In this document: piece after piece, positions 29,800 through 37,615 of the stretch | Layout of the letters: every line of letters starts with the position of its first letter | Position numbering within the stretch: the first letter of the stretch is position 1 | Origin: a virus | Virus record (IMG/VR): IMGVR_UViG_3300017978_000163 | Span: 1 to 39,431 of that record | DNA length: 39,431 nucleotides | Direction: 5' to 3' (one strand) | Notes under the pieces: generated by a model | Database searches by the model: none | Told to the model about the DNA's origin: nothing | The model's input: only the letters and a program-made list of their open reading frames with translations | Program-made: the position numbers and the translations under genes

Positions 29800-30075
29800 T
29801 TATGCCCCTTTCAACAATTGATTAACACCGGCAACCAAAGAATCTAAATCTTTGGCCCAGCGATTGACGCCCCCGGTGTAGTCGCGCACGTGCGACGCGG
29901 TGCGGTACATATAACCCAGTGATCCGCATGGCTCAGTGTTGACGTACACGATACGATCCCCCAGCGAGATAAACCCGCTGCAGCCCCGTTTATCGTCGTT
30001 AACACGGATATTTTTAAGGTTCACCACGTGCGCGGGTGAAAACCGGTTTTTGAGTTTGGTTGACAAAATTAACAT
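29800..30075 (-). CDS. Hypothetical protein (91 aa)
   Basis: Its start overlaps the upstream stop (TAATG). It ends ..LLKGA. Confidence 0.6.
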   Translation of the reverse strand: MLILSTKLKNRFSPAHVVNLKNIRVNDDKRGCSGFISLGDRIVYVNTEPCGSLGYMYRTASHVRDYTGGVNRWAKDLDSLVAGVNQLLKGA

Positions 30076-30326
30076 TATTTCACCCCCACGATTGTTTTAA
30101 GTTCTGCCTTAATCCGTCGGGCATCGTCGCCACGCCATGTACCGGCATTCGCCAAAAAGTACATAACGACGCTGTGCCCTGTGTCGTGAAAATACATGTC
30201 CGTCACGTCGGTCAAATTGCCCATTGCTTCGATGTAAGGCATAGCCCCAAAATAAGGTTTGGTCCACGTTTTACGGATGTCGTAAGCGATAGCGGCAAGG
30301 CTGCGGGGTTTGGCTTGGTTGATCAT
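30075..30326 (-). CDS. Hypothetical protein (83 aa)
   Basis: It is preceded by the conserved junction AAAGGGGCATAAcATG. Confidence 0.6.
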   Translation of the reverse strand: MINQAKPRSLAAIAYDIRKTWTKPYFGAMPYIEAMGNLTDVTDMYFHDTGHSVVMYFLANAGTWRGDDARRIKAELKTIVGVK

Positions 30327-30327
30327 G

Positions 30328-30543
30328 TTATGCCCCTTTCAATTCGGATTCGTAAAAATACGGGTTACTGCTTGTCACCAAATGCCCCGGCCAGTTAGTC
30401 GGCGAATCAAGGAGAACAGCAATTCGATCACCGGGCGCATATGTCACTGGGTGTTCAATGGGCGCATTAACGTGCGTAATTCGCTCAAACCCGCATACAA
30501 CACCCGGGCCATATTTTGTGGTTACTCTTTGGTTAATGATCAT
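30328..30543 (-). CDS. Hypothetical protein (71 aa)
   Basis: The internal ATG 30543 follows the same junction (GGGGCATAAcATG). The longer ORF-track version overlaps the upstream gene. Confidence 0.55.
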   Translation of the reverse strand: MIINQRVTTKYGPGVVCGFERITHVNAPIEHPVTYAPGDRIAVLLDSPTNWPGHLVTSSNPYFYESELKGA

Positions 30544-30544
30544 G

Positions 30545-30847
30545 TTATGCCCCCTTACGTGCAGACACGCGCACCACGGTATATGGTGCGCCGGTTGTTG
30601 TATGCGCGGCCACCAATTGGCGCGACGGTGCAAATTTGGCCGCGATGGTTTCCCAGTCAGTAACGACGCGACCGGCACAATGGGAAATGGCGACGCGGTG
30701 CGCGGTGCCGTCGATAGCGTCCAAGCCCGACGCGGTCAGGGTTTCTTTTATCGCCTTTTCTTCATCCGTCAATTCGGCGATCTGTGCTTTGATCACGGCC
30801 AAACGGTCGACGGCTAGGGTCAACAATGCAGGGTTTTCGTTTTTCAT
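30545..30847 (-). CDS. Hypothetical protein (100 aa, N-terminal coiled coil)
   Basis: It ends ..ARKGA and contains the helix AVIKAQIAELTDEEKAIKETL. Confidence 0.6.
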   Translation of the reverse strand: MKNENPALLTLAVDRLAVIKAQIAELTDEEKAIKETLTASGLDAIDGTAHRVAISHCAGRVVTDWETIAAKFAPSRQLVAAHTTTGAPYTVVRVSARKGA

Positions 30848-30873
30848 GGTTACGGTTCTTTCTTGGTTACGGG

Positions 30874-31014
30874 TTACAAGGAAAAAGTGATAACGATCAG
30901 GGCGTAGACCGCAAGCGCGGCCAGTACTGCGCCGACAAACTGAGCAAACCCACTGGGGGCTTGCTCACGATGCCGGTTCACGTTCATCTGTTCGATCAGT
31001 TCTCTAGAGTTCAT
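30874..31014 (-). CDS. Possible small C-tail-anchored membrane protein (46 aa)
   Basis: GAAAGG SD 6 nt upstream. The TM is FAQFVGAVLAALAVYALIVITF. It is below the ORF-track cut-off. Confidence 0.4.
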   Translation of the reverse strand: MNSRELIEQMNVNRHREQAPSGFAQFVGAVLAALAVYALIVITFSL

Positions 31015-31052
31015 GGGGTGCCTTTCAGTGGTTACGGGTTACAGACAGACAT

Positions 31053-31081
31053 AGAATAACCCATTGGGTCAGCTTTGTCAA
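31053..31081 (-). promoter_or_regulatory. Candidate sigma70-type promoter (TTGACA-17-TATTCT) flanked and overlapped by two ACCCATTGGGT palindromes
   Basis: The -35 is at 31081..31076 and the -10 at 31058..31053 (minus strand). Palindromes lie at 31059..31069 (in the spacer) and 31083..31093 (just upstream of the -35). Confidence 0.4.
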
Positions 31082-31095
31082 TACCCATTGGGTAA

Positions 31096-31626
31096 CTATT
31101 TTCTAGGGGTTATCCCTAGGCGATATGCGAACGTTGCCGCGTCTCGTTCTTCAACCGTGGCAAAGTATCCAAGGTGAACCACTCGCGCACCGTCTCGCAA
31201 TTGGGCTTTGTAGCGCGGGGGCTTTGCTTCGCGTGGCGCACGATCCAACAGTTCACCCGTGGTTAAGTAGTGCGCCACTATTGACGACAAATACACACGA
31301 TCACCAAAGCGCACACGATCCCCGCACAAAAACAGTTTTTCGGTTTGACGGGTGAACCGTTCGCCGTTGCGCTGCACCACTTCAACCAGTGCAACACGGC
31401 GGCGCATAAGTTCACCGTTCACCAATACGAATGCTTCGTTAATCGTGCGGGGTTTGATGTGTTCGGGTAATGCGGGTTTTTTGCTCGCTTTGGGTTTGCG
31501 GGGCTTTGGTTGCCGTTGCTCAACGGGTGGCGCGTCATTTTGTGCGAGTGAGTGCACTTCGCGCCATTGTTCCTCATCGGTCATTTCGTACCACTCGAAG
31601 GGGCTTATATGTTCGGGGCGTTTCAT
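31096..31626 (-). CDS. AP2-domain DNA-binding protein (176 aa), first gene of the leftward early operon
   Basis: The C-terminus (YKAQLRDGARVVHLGYFATVEERDAATFAYRLG) fits the AP2 pattern (R/K..G+..LG.F.T.EEAA.AY). There is a basic linker (QPKPRKPKASKKP). No HNH motif was seen. Confidence 0.6.
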   Translation of the reverse strand: MKRPEHISPFEWYEMTDEEQWREVHSLAQNDAPPVEQRQPKPRKPKASKKPALPEHIKPRTINEAFVLVNGELMRRRVALVEVVQRNGERFTRQTEKLFLCGDRVRFGDRVYLSSIVAHYLTTGELLDRAPREAKPPRYKAQLRDGARVVHLGYFATVEERDAATFAYRLGITPRK

Positions 31627-31660
31627 TGTGTACCTTTATCGGTGTATCTATGTATCCAAC

Positions 31661-31689
31661 ACTTTAGCACAGTGATGTCAGTATGTCAA
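31661..31689 (-). promoter_or_regulatory. Candidate early leftward promoter (TTGACA-17-TAAAGT)
   Basis: The -35 is at 31689..31684 and the -10 at 31666..31661 (minus strand). It lies about 35 nt upstream of ATG 31626, which has an AAGG SD. Confidence 0.45.
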
Positions 31690-31705
31690 GTTTTAGGGTA
31701 GGTTG

Positions 31706-31733
31706 ATTTTAGAGAATCTGGGATAAATGTCAA
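31706..31733 (-). promoter_or_regulatory. Second candidate early leftward promoter (TTGACA-16-TAAAAT)
   Basis: The -35 is at 31733..31728 and the -10 at 31711..31706 (minus strand), in the AT-rich stretch. Confidence 0.4.
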
Positions 31734-31826
31734 ATTAAAAAAAGCATAAGTGAAATACCTTCGCGTATGCGGGAAAGGTAATAGTGGAAACCTTGTGCAA
31801 GTGTGCTAGATACATGGATACAAATC

Positions 31827-32141
31827 ACCCACTGGGGCAAATTTCCCCCAATCGATTGACCCACTGGGGTAAGCCCCCAGACCCACTGGGTAATGGCCCC
31901 CAATGGCCAATGGCCAATGGCCCATTGGGTTATCTCGCGTATCTATTAACGCTCAGATTCTCAGACCCACTGGGTTAACTGGGGCTAGGTGCGCACCCAT
32001 TGGGACGCGGTGCGCGGGTGCCGGGTTGCTGGGGGTGTCGGGATTTTTGGGGGAGGGGGTAGGGCCGACGGACCTGATGGCCCAGCTATGTAGGCATCAC
32101 AGAACCTGTGAAAATTTTTAAAAAAGTAAAACCCAATGGGT
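31827..32141. promoter_or_regulatory. Array of seven ACCCA-N-TGGG(T/G/A) palindromic 11-mers in the ORF-free control region
   Basis: Copies start at 31827, 31859, 31881, 31920 (GCCC variant), 31965, 31995 and 32131. Two more lie at 31059 and 31083. Confidence 0.85.
31900..31920. repeat. 7-bp tandem repeat CCAATGG x3 (the core of the palindromic motif)
   Basis: The sequence reads ccaatggccaatggccaatgg and runs directly into the gcccattgggt copy. Confidence 0.9.
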
Positions 32142-32154
32142 AACCGTTATCCAC

Positions 32155-32184
32155 TAGACACACCGATTCAATTTCCATTACACT
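32155..32184 (+). promoter_or_regulatory. Candidate rightward (late) promoter, TAGACA-18-TACACT, giving a near-leaderless terS mRNA
   Basis: The hexamers are at 32155..32160 and 32179..32184, and ATG 32194 has no SD. This is a weak call. Confidence 0.25.
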
Positions 32185-32193
32185 CACAGCACT

Positions 32194-32751
32194 ATGAAAC
32201 AAGACCACTCTTCGTTTATAGGCACGGTTGTCACCGGAGAATCATCGTTACCCACATGGCTGTCCGTGCCTGACCCCAAGCCCCCGAAGCTCCCTGCTGA
32301 GTCGAGGGCGCTTCGCCATGTCGAATATGAGCAGATATTCGAGCGGGTCATTGAGGACGTGTACCGTGGCCGGTCACTCCAGTCGCTCATTGAGGATGAC
32401 CATCGGGTCGTGTCCTATGAGGACTTCTTGCGCTGGGTCAAGCGTGACCCGACTCGCCATGAGCGGTTCAAAGAAGCGCAGGAGATGCGCACCGAGTTCT
32501 TGGCCGGGGAGATCTTGGAGATTGCCGACGGCATCGAGTCGGTTGACCCCACATCGAACGATACGGTCAACAGGGACAAGCTGCGCATCGACACGCGCAA
32601 GTGGCTCATGAGCGCACACAACAAGAAACGCTACGGCGAGACAAAGCAGATTGAACTCGGCGGCTCCATATCCATCACCGAGGCACTGGCGCAAGCCCAA
32701 GCCCGGGTGATTGATGCCGAGGTGATTGACGTGACACCAAGGATCGACTGA
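32194..32751 (+). CDS. terS: Terminase small subunit
   Basis: It lies directly upstream of terL, and its stop overlaps the terL start (TGATG). It contains the motif DKLRIDTRKWLMSAHNKKRYGE, typical of TerS families. Confidence 0.6.
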   Translation: MKQDHSSFIGTVVTGESSLPTWLSVPDPKPPKLPAESRALRHVEYEQIFERVIEDVYRGRSLQSLIEDDHRVVSYEDFLRWVKRDPTRHERFKEAQEMRTEFLAGEILEIADGIESVDPTSNDTVNRDKLRIDTRKWLMSAHNKKRYGETKQIELGGSISITEALAQAQARVIDAEVIDVTPRID

Positions 32752-34292
32752 TGCAGAAGCCCCGCTATTCGCCAGAAGAAGAGCAGATGCTCATGACGCA
32801 GCTTTGGAGTCCATCGCTGCGTGATGACCCCGAGGCGTTCGTGTTGTTTGTGTTCCCGTGGGGGCAGAAGAACACACCCCTTGAGCACTTCAAAAGCCCA
32901 CGAGCGTGGCAGCGTCGAGCACTGCGCAGGATCACACAGTTTATCAAGGACAACAAGGGCAAGCAGAACAACGACGAGTTGATCGACGCACTGCGCAGAG
33001 CCGTGTCGTCTGGTCGTGGCGTGGGGAAGTCGGCACTGGTGTCGTGGCTGATCCTGTGGATGCTGACCACTCGTATCGGATCGTCTGTCATCGTGTCGGC
33101 CAACAGCGAGAACCAGTTGCGCAAAGTGACATGGGGTGAGTTGACCAAATGGGTCACGATGGCGTTGAACGCCCACTGGTGGGAACCCACGGCCACGAGC
33201 TTGCAGCCAGCGAACTGGTTGACCGATCTGGTCGAGCGTGACCTGCGTAAAGGCACCCGCTACTGGGGTGCCGAGGGGAAGCTGTGGAGCGAAGAGAACC
33301 CCGATGCGTACGCAGGTGTGCACAACATGGACGGCATGATGGTGATCTTCGACGAAGCATCGGGTATACCGGACAGCATCTGGTCCGTGGCTGCGGGCTT
33401 TTTTACCGAGAACATCTTGGACCGGTATTGGTTCGCGTTCTCCAACGGACGACGCAACACCGGGTACTTCTACGAGGCCGTGGACGGCAGCAAGCGGGAG
33501 TTCTGGGAGAGCGAGAAGATCGACGCCCGCACCGTCGAGGGCACCGACAAGAGCATCTACCAGCAGATTCTTGACGAGTACGGCGAGGACTCCGACGAGG
33601 CTCGGGTCGAGGTCTACGGTGACTTCCCCAAGAGCGGCCAAGACCAGTTCATCGCACCCCACTCGGTCGACGACGCCATGAAGCGCCCACAGTACAAGGA
33701 CATGACCGCACCCGTGATCATCGGCGTTGACCCGGCCCGTGGCGGCATGGACAGCACCGTGATTGCCGTGCGCCGTGGGCGTGACATCGTGGCGATCAAA
33801 CGGTTCAAGGGCGAGGACACCATGAGCGTGGTGGGCCACGTGATTGATGCCATCGAAGAGTACCGCCCAGCACTGACCGTGATCGACGAGGGTGGTCTGG
33901 GCTACGGCATCCTTGACAGATTGAACGAGCAGAAGTACAAAGTGCGCGGGGTGAACTTCGGCTGGAAGGCCAAGAACCCCGTAATGTGGGGCAACAAGCG
34001 GGCTGAGATTTGGGGTGCCATGCGCGATTGGATCAAGACGGCCAGCTTGCCGCAGGACCGATTGCTCAAAAGCGACCTGATCGGCCCGATGAAGAAGCCC
34101 AACTCGGCGGGCACCATTTTTCTTGAGGGGAAGAAGGAAATGAAGGCCCGGGGTGTCGCCTCGCCCGACGCCGCCGATGCGATTGCCGTGACGTTTGCGT
34201 ACCCCGTGGCACATCGGGAGTACAATGAACGCACAATGGTTCGGCGCAACGCGCAGAATGGTTCGGTTTCAACATCTTGGATGGGAAGTTAA
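32751..34292 (+). CDS. terL: Terminase large subunit
   Basis: Walker A-like is SGRGVGKSALVSW and Walker B is MMVIFDEASGI. The RNaseH-like nuclease part begins IIGVDPARGGMDSTVI. The size is 513 aa. Confidence 0.85.
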   Translation: MQKPRYSPEEEQMLMTQLWSPSLRDDPEAFVLFVFPWGQKNTPLEHFKSPRAWQRRALRRITQFIKDNKGKQNNDELIDALRRAVSSGRGVGKSALVSWLILWMLTTRIGSSVIVSANSENQLRKVTWGELTKWVTMALNAHWWEPTATSLQPANWLTDLVERDLRKGTRYWGAEGKLWSEENPDAYAGVHNMDGMMVIFDEASGIPDSIWSVAAGFFTENILDRYWFAFSNGRRNTGYFYEAVDGSKREFWESEKIDARTVEGTDKSIYQQILDEYGEDSDEARVEVYGDFPKSGQDQFIAPHSVDDAMKRPQYKDMTAPVIIGVDPARGGMDSTVIAVRRGRDIVAIKRFKGEDTMSVVGHVIDAIEEYRPALTVIDEGGLGYGILDRLNEQKYKVRGVNFGWKAKNPVMWGNKRAEIWGAMRDWIKTASLPQDRLLKSDLIGPMKKPNSAGTIFLEGKKEMKARGVASPDAADAIAVTFAYPVAHREYNERTMVRRNAQNGSVSTSWMGS

Positions 34293-34460
34293 ATGAGCAA
34301 GCCCGGGCTTTATGCCAACATCAACGCCAAGCGCGAACGCATCGCCGCTGGCTCCGGTGAAAAGATGCGCAAACCCGGCTCTGCTGGTGCACCCACCGCC
34401 AAAGACTTCAAAGAGTCTGCCAAAACCGCCAAAAAACCCGCATCGAAGTCCAAAAAATGA
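34293..34460 (+). CDS. Small basic protein (55 aa), MSKPGLYANINAKRERIAAGSGEKMRKPGSAGAPT...
   Basis: The ATG immediately follows the terL stop, and its own stop overlaps the next gene's ATG (ATGA). It resembles a conserved small phage protein family (from memory). It replaces the out-of-frame track ORF 34312..34602. Confidence 0.55.
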   Translation: MSKPGLYANINAKRERIAAGSGEKMRKPGSAGAPTAKDFKESAKTAKKPASKSKK

Positions 34461-34705
34461 CCATCCAAGCCCTGCAAGACTGCCTGATCGTTCGCCCCGA
34501 CATCGAGAAACACGCGCTGCTGATCATGCTGCGCGAGAAGAAAACCGGTACCGGCACCGTTATCTCCGTTGGCCCACAGGCTATGGACATCAAGGTCGGT
34601 GACAAGGTATTATTCGGTGATTCAATCGGGCAGGACTTGAAGTGGGAAGGTGAAGACCTCCTCGTAATGCGCGAGTTGCACACCCTTGGAGTATTTGAAG
34701 CATGA
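34457..34705 (+). CDS. GroES-like co-chaperonin (Cpn10 fold), shortened mobile loop
   Basis: It aligns by eye to E. coli GroES: IQALQDCLIVRP with IRPLHDRVIVKR, GTVISVGP with GEVLAVGN, and IKVGDKVLFGDSIGQDLKWEGEDLLVMRELHTLGVFEA with [39 protein letters not shown]. Confidence 0.7.
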   Translation: MTIQALQDCLIVRPDIEKHALLIMLREKKTGTGTVISVGPQAMDIKVGDKVLFGDSIGQDLKWEGEDLLVMRELHTLGVFEA

Positions 34706-36909
34706 AAGACACCACCGGAATCGTCGCCGCAGGTAATGTGGCAAAAAACGGCCCGTACCCCTCAAAAGGTGGCTCCGAGGACATTCTTGCCGTTGCCCGT
34801 TCGCGCATGAAGATGGCGATTTCGGCCTTTTCGGACACCCGGGAGGACGAGCTTGACGATTTGCGGTTCTATGCTGCATCCCCCGACAACCAGTGGCAGT
34901 GGCCCGCTGATGTGCTCCAAACCCGTGGCGCTGTGCAGGGTCAAACCATCAATGCCCGCCCCTGCCTGACCATCAACAAGCTGCCCCAGCACGTCCATCA
35001 GGTGACGAACGAGCAGCGCATGAACCGCCCCGGCATCAAGGTCATTCCATCGGACGACAAAGCCGATGTGGACATGGCCGAGGTGTTTAACGGCGTCATT
35101 CGCCACATCGAATACATCAGCGATGCCGACGTGGCCTACGACACCGCTTGCGAGAACCAAGTGTCGTTTGGTGAAGGCTACATCCGTTTGCTGACCGAGT
35201 ATTGCGACGAGGACACGTTCGATCAAGACATCAAGATCGGGCGTATTCGCAACAGCTTCTCGGTCTACATGGACCCCATGATCCAAGACCCCACGGGTGC
35301 AGATGCCCGCTGGTGCTTTGTCACGGAAGACGTGACAAAAACTGAATACGAGCGCATGTACCCCAACGCCGCGCCCATCAGCACCCTCATGAGCCTTGGC
35401 GTGGGTGACCAATCGATTGCCCAGTGGATCAACGAAAACACGATCCGCATTGCCGAGTATTTCTACATCGAGTACGAGAAGCAGACGCTCAATTTGTACC
35501 CCGGCAACCAAACTGCGTTTGACGGCACCCCCGAAGACAAAGCCCTGCGCATGATGTTTGGCAAGCCCATTCGATCACGCGAAGCTGACCGCAAAAAGGT
35601 CAAGTGGTGCAAGATCAACGGCTACGAGGTGCTTGAGTCACGCGAGTGGGCCGGTGCCTACATCCCCGTGGTGCGCGTGGTGGGCAACGAATTTGAGGTT
35701 GATGGTCGCATGTACGTCAGCGGTCTGGTGCGTAACGCCAAAGACGCCCAGCGCATGTACAACTACTGGGTTTCGCAAGAAGCCGAGATGCTGGCCTTGG
35801 CCCCCAAAGCCCCATTCATCGGCTACGGTGGTCAGTTTGAAGGCTACGAGCAGCAGTGGAAGACGGCCAACACGAACAACTGGCCCTATCTGGAAGTCAA
35901 CCCAGATGTGACCGATGGTCAGGGTCAAGTGCTGCCTTTGCCAGCGCGCGCCCAGCCTCCAATGGCCTCCAGCGGTCTGTTGCAAGCCAAAGCGGGTGCC
36001 GCAGAAGACATCAAGTCGGCCACCGGCCAATACAACGCTTCGTTGGGCATGACCAGCAACGAGCGGTCTGGTAAGGCCATTTTGGCCCGCCAGCGCGAAG
36101 GCGATGTCGGCACCTACCATTACGTTGACAACTTGGCCCGTGCGATCCGTCACATCGGTCGCCAGCTTGTCGATCTGATCCCCAAGATTTACGACACTGA
36201 GCGCATTGCCCGCATCATTGGTGAAGACGGTGAACCCGCAACCGTCAAAATGAACCCGATGCAGGAAGAGCCAGTCAAGCGCATCGTGGACCAAGAAGGT
36301 ACCCTGATCGAGAAAATTTACAACCCCAACGTGGGCAAGTACGATGTTCGCGTGATCACCGGCCCCGGCTACGCCACCAAGCGTCAAGAAGCCTTGGAGA
36401 GCATGGCTCAGTTGTTGCAGGGCAACCCACAGTTGTGGCAAGTTGCTGGCGACCTGTTCGTCAAGAACATGGACTGGCCCGGTGCCCAAGACCTTGCCAA
36501 GCGTTTCAAGAAGACCATCGACCCCAAAGTGTTGGCCGACGAAGACGACCCAGCTTTGGCCGCTGCCAACCAGCAACTGGAGGCAATGGCCGCTGAAATG
36601 GAAAACATGTTTCAGATGTTGCAAAACGTCAATAAGAGCATGGAAGCCCGCGAACTCCAAATCAAGGAGTTTGAAGCCGAGGTCAAGGCTTATGGTGCCG
36701 AGACACAACGCATCAGCGCGGTGCAAGCTGGCATGTCGCCCGAGCAGATCCAAGACATCGTGATGGGTACCATTGCTGCGGCGATGGACACTGGCGACTT
36801 GGTTGGTGGCGCACCCCAAATGCCTCCAATGGAGCAGCCCCAGATGCCGATGGGACAGCCTCAAATGGCCCCACCACAGGGTCAAATGCCACCTGAAGGG
36901 ATGATGTAA
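34702..36909 (+). CDS. Portal protein, P22 gp1-type
   Basis: 735 aa. It sits after the terminase genes. It has a long helical C-terminal barrel-like region and a P/Q/M-rich tail. Confidence 0.8.
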   Translation: MKDTTGIVAAGNVAKNGPYPSKGGSEDILAVARSRMKMAISAFSDTREDELDDLRFYAASPDNQWQWPADVLQTRGAVQGQTINARPCLTINKLPQHVHQVTNEQRMNRPGIKVIPSDDKADVDMAEVFNGVIRHIEYISDADVAYDTACENQVSFGEGYIRLLTEYCDEDTFDQDIKIGRIRNSFSVYMDPMIQDPTGADARWCFVTEDVTKTEYERMYPNAAPISTLMSLGVGDQSIAQWINENTIRIAEYFYIEYEKQTLNLYPGNQTAFDGTPEDKALRMMFGKPIRSREADRKKVKWCKINGYEVLESREWAGAYIPVVRVVGNEFEVDGRMYVSGLVRNAKDAQRMYNYWVSQEAEMLALAPKAPFIGYGGQFEGYEQQWKTANTNNWPYLEVNPDVTDGQGQVLPLPARAQPPMASSGLLQAKAGAAEDIKSATGQYNASLGMTSNERSGKAILARQREGDVGTYHYVDNLARAIRHIGRQLVDLIPKIYDTERIARIIGEDGEPATVKMNPMQEEPVKRIVDQEGTLIEKIYNPNVGKYDVRVITGPGYATKRQEALESMAQLLQGNPQLWQVAGDLFVKNMDWPGAQDLAKRFKKTIDPKVLADEDDPALAAANQQLEAMAAEMENMFQMLQNVNKSMEARELQIKEFEAEVKAYGAETQRISAVQAGMSPEQIQDIVMGTIAAAMDTGDLVGGAPQMPPMEQPQMPMGQPQMAPPQGQMPPEGMM

Positions 36910-37271
36910 TGAGTTGCGCTGAATTCATAGGCGAGTTGTTCTTGGCCCGGGATGTGGCCCATTCCGTGCATTTGAACACCCGTTCGTACTCCAAGCACAA
37001 GGCTTTGCGGCACTTTTACCGCGACATTGTGGAACTTGCTGACAAATATGCCGAGGCGTACCAAGGTCGCCACGGCATGATTGGTCCGATTTCATTGAAG
37101 TCGGCTCGAAAAGACGGCGCAATTTTGCCGTTCTTGGAGAACTCGATGGCCTACATCGAGGAAAATCGGTACAAGGTCTGTGAAAAGACGGACTCTGCGC
37201 TGCAAAATATCATCGACGAGATTGTTGCGGTCTACCTGTCCACAATCTACAAACTCAAATTCCTCGCATAA
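36909..37271 (+). CDS. Hypothetical helical protein (120 aa; possibly a Dps/ferritin-like four-helix bundle)
   Basis: Its start overlaps the portal stop (TAATG). The segment ARDVAHSVHLNTRSYSKHKALRHFYRDIVELADKYAE resembles Dps helices A/B. The fold call is weak. Confidence 0.4.
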   Translation: MSCAEFIGELFLARDVAHSVHLNTRSYSKHKALRHFYRDIVELADKYAEAYQGRHGMIGPISLKSARKDGAILPFLENSMAYIEENRYKVCEKTDSALQNIIDEIVAVYLSTIYKLKFLA

Positions 37272-37280
37272 GGACCAACC

Positions 37281-37550
37281 ATGTCTTCCAATTACGCACA
37301 AATCACCGCCACCCGTCAAATCAAGCCCATGTCGGCCAAATTGAAGGGCATTTTTGTCAGTGCTGCGTCAAGCACCCCGACAATCACCGTGTACGACTCC
37401 GCTGTGTCGAGCGCCAGTGATCCAGTGATCATTGCCACGTTCACCCCAGTGGCGGGCACAAATTACAATTTCTTTGACGGCATGTTTACCAACAAAGGTT
37501 TGTATGTTGTCATTTCTGGCACTGTTTCTTGCACCATTGCGTTTGAATAA
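37281..37550 (+). CDS. Hypothetical small beta-rich head-module protein (89 aa)
   Basis: AAGGA SD. It lies between the portal and scaffold genes. Confidence 0.55.
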   Translation: MSSNYAQITATRQIKPMSAKLKGIFVSAASSTPTITVYDSAVSSASDPVIIATFTPVAGTNYNFFDGMFTNKGLYVVISGTVSCTIAFE

Positions 37551-37615
37551 ACCTTGGGTGTAAGATAGCCACTGTACCGGCCCAGTAGACCGGGGAATCG
37601 AAAGGTTCATTTTTC

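Noticed and set aside
31784-32121. ORFs 31784..31978 and 31903..32121 in the control region.
   Set aside because: Their 'protein' sequences are just translations of the ACCCACTGGG/CCAATGG repeats (PLG, NGQWP). They have no SDs, and the region behaves as non-coding regulatory DNA.
34312-34602. A 96-aa ORF-track ORF between terL and the GroES-like gene.
   Set aside because: It is out of frame with, and overlaps, two better-supported genes: 34293..34460 (ATG right after the terL stop, ATGA-coupled downstream) and 34457..34705 (a clear GroES-like sequence). Its composition is Pro/Arg/Ser-rich and shadow-like.
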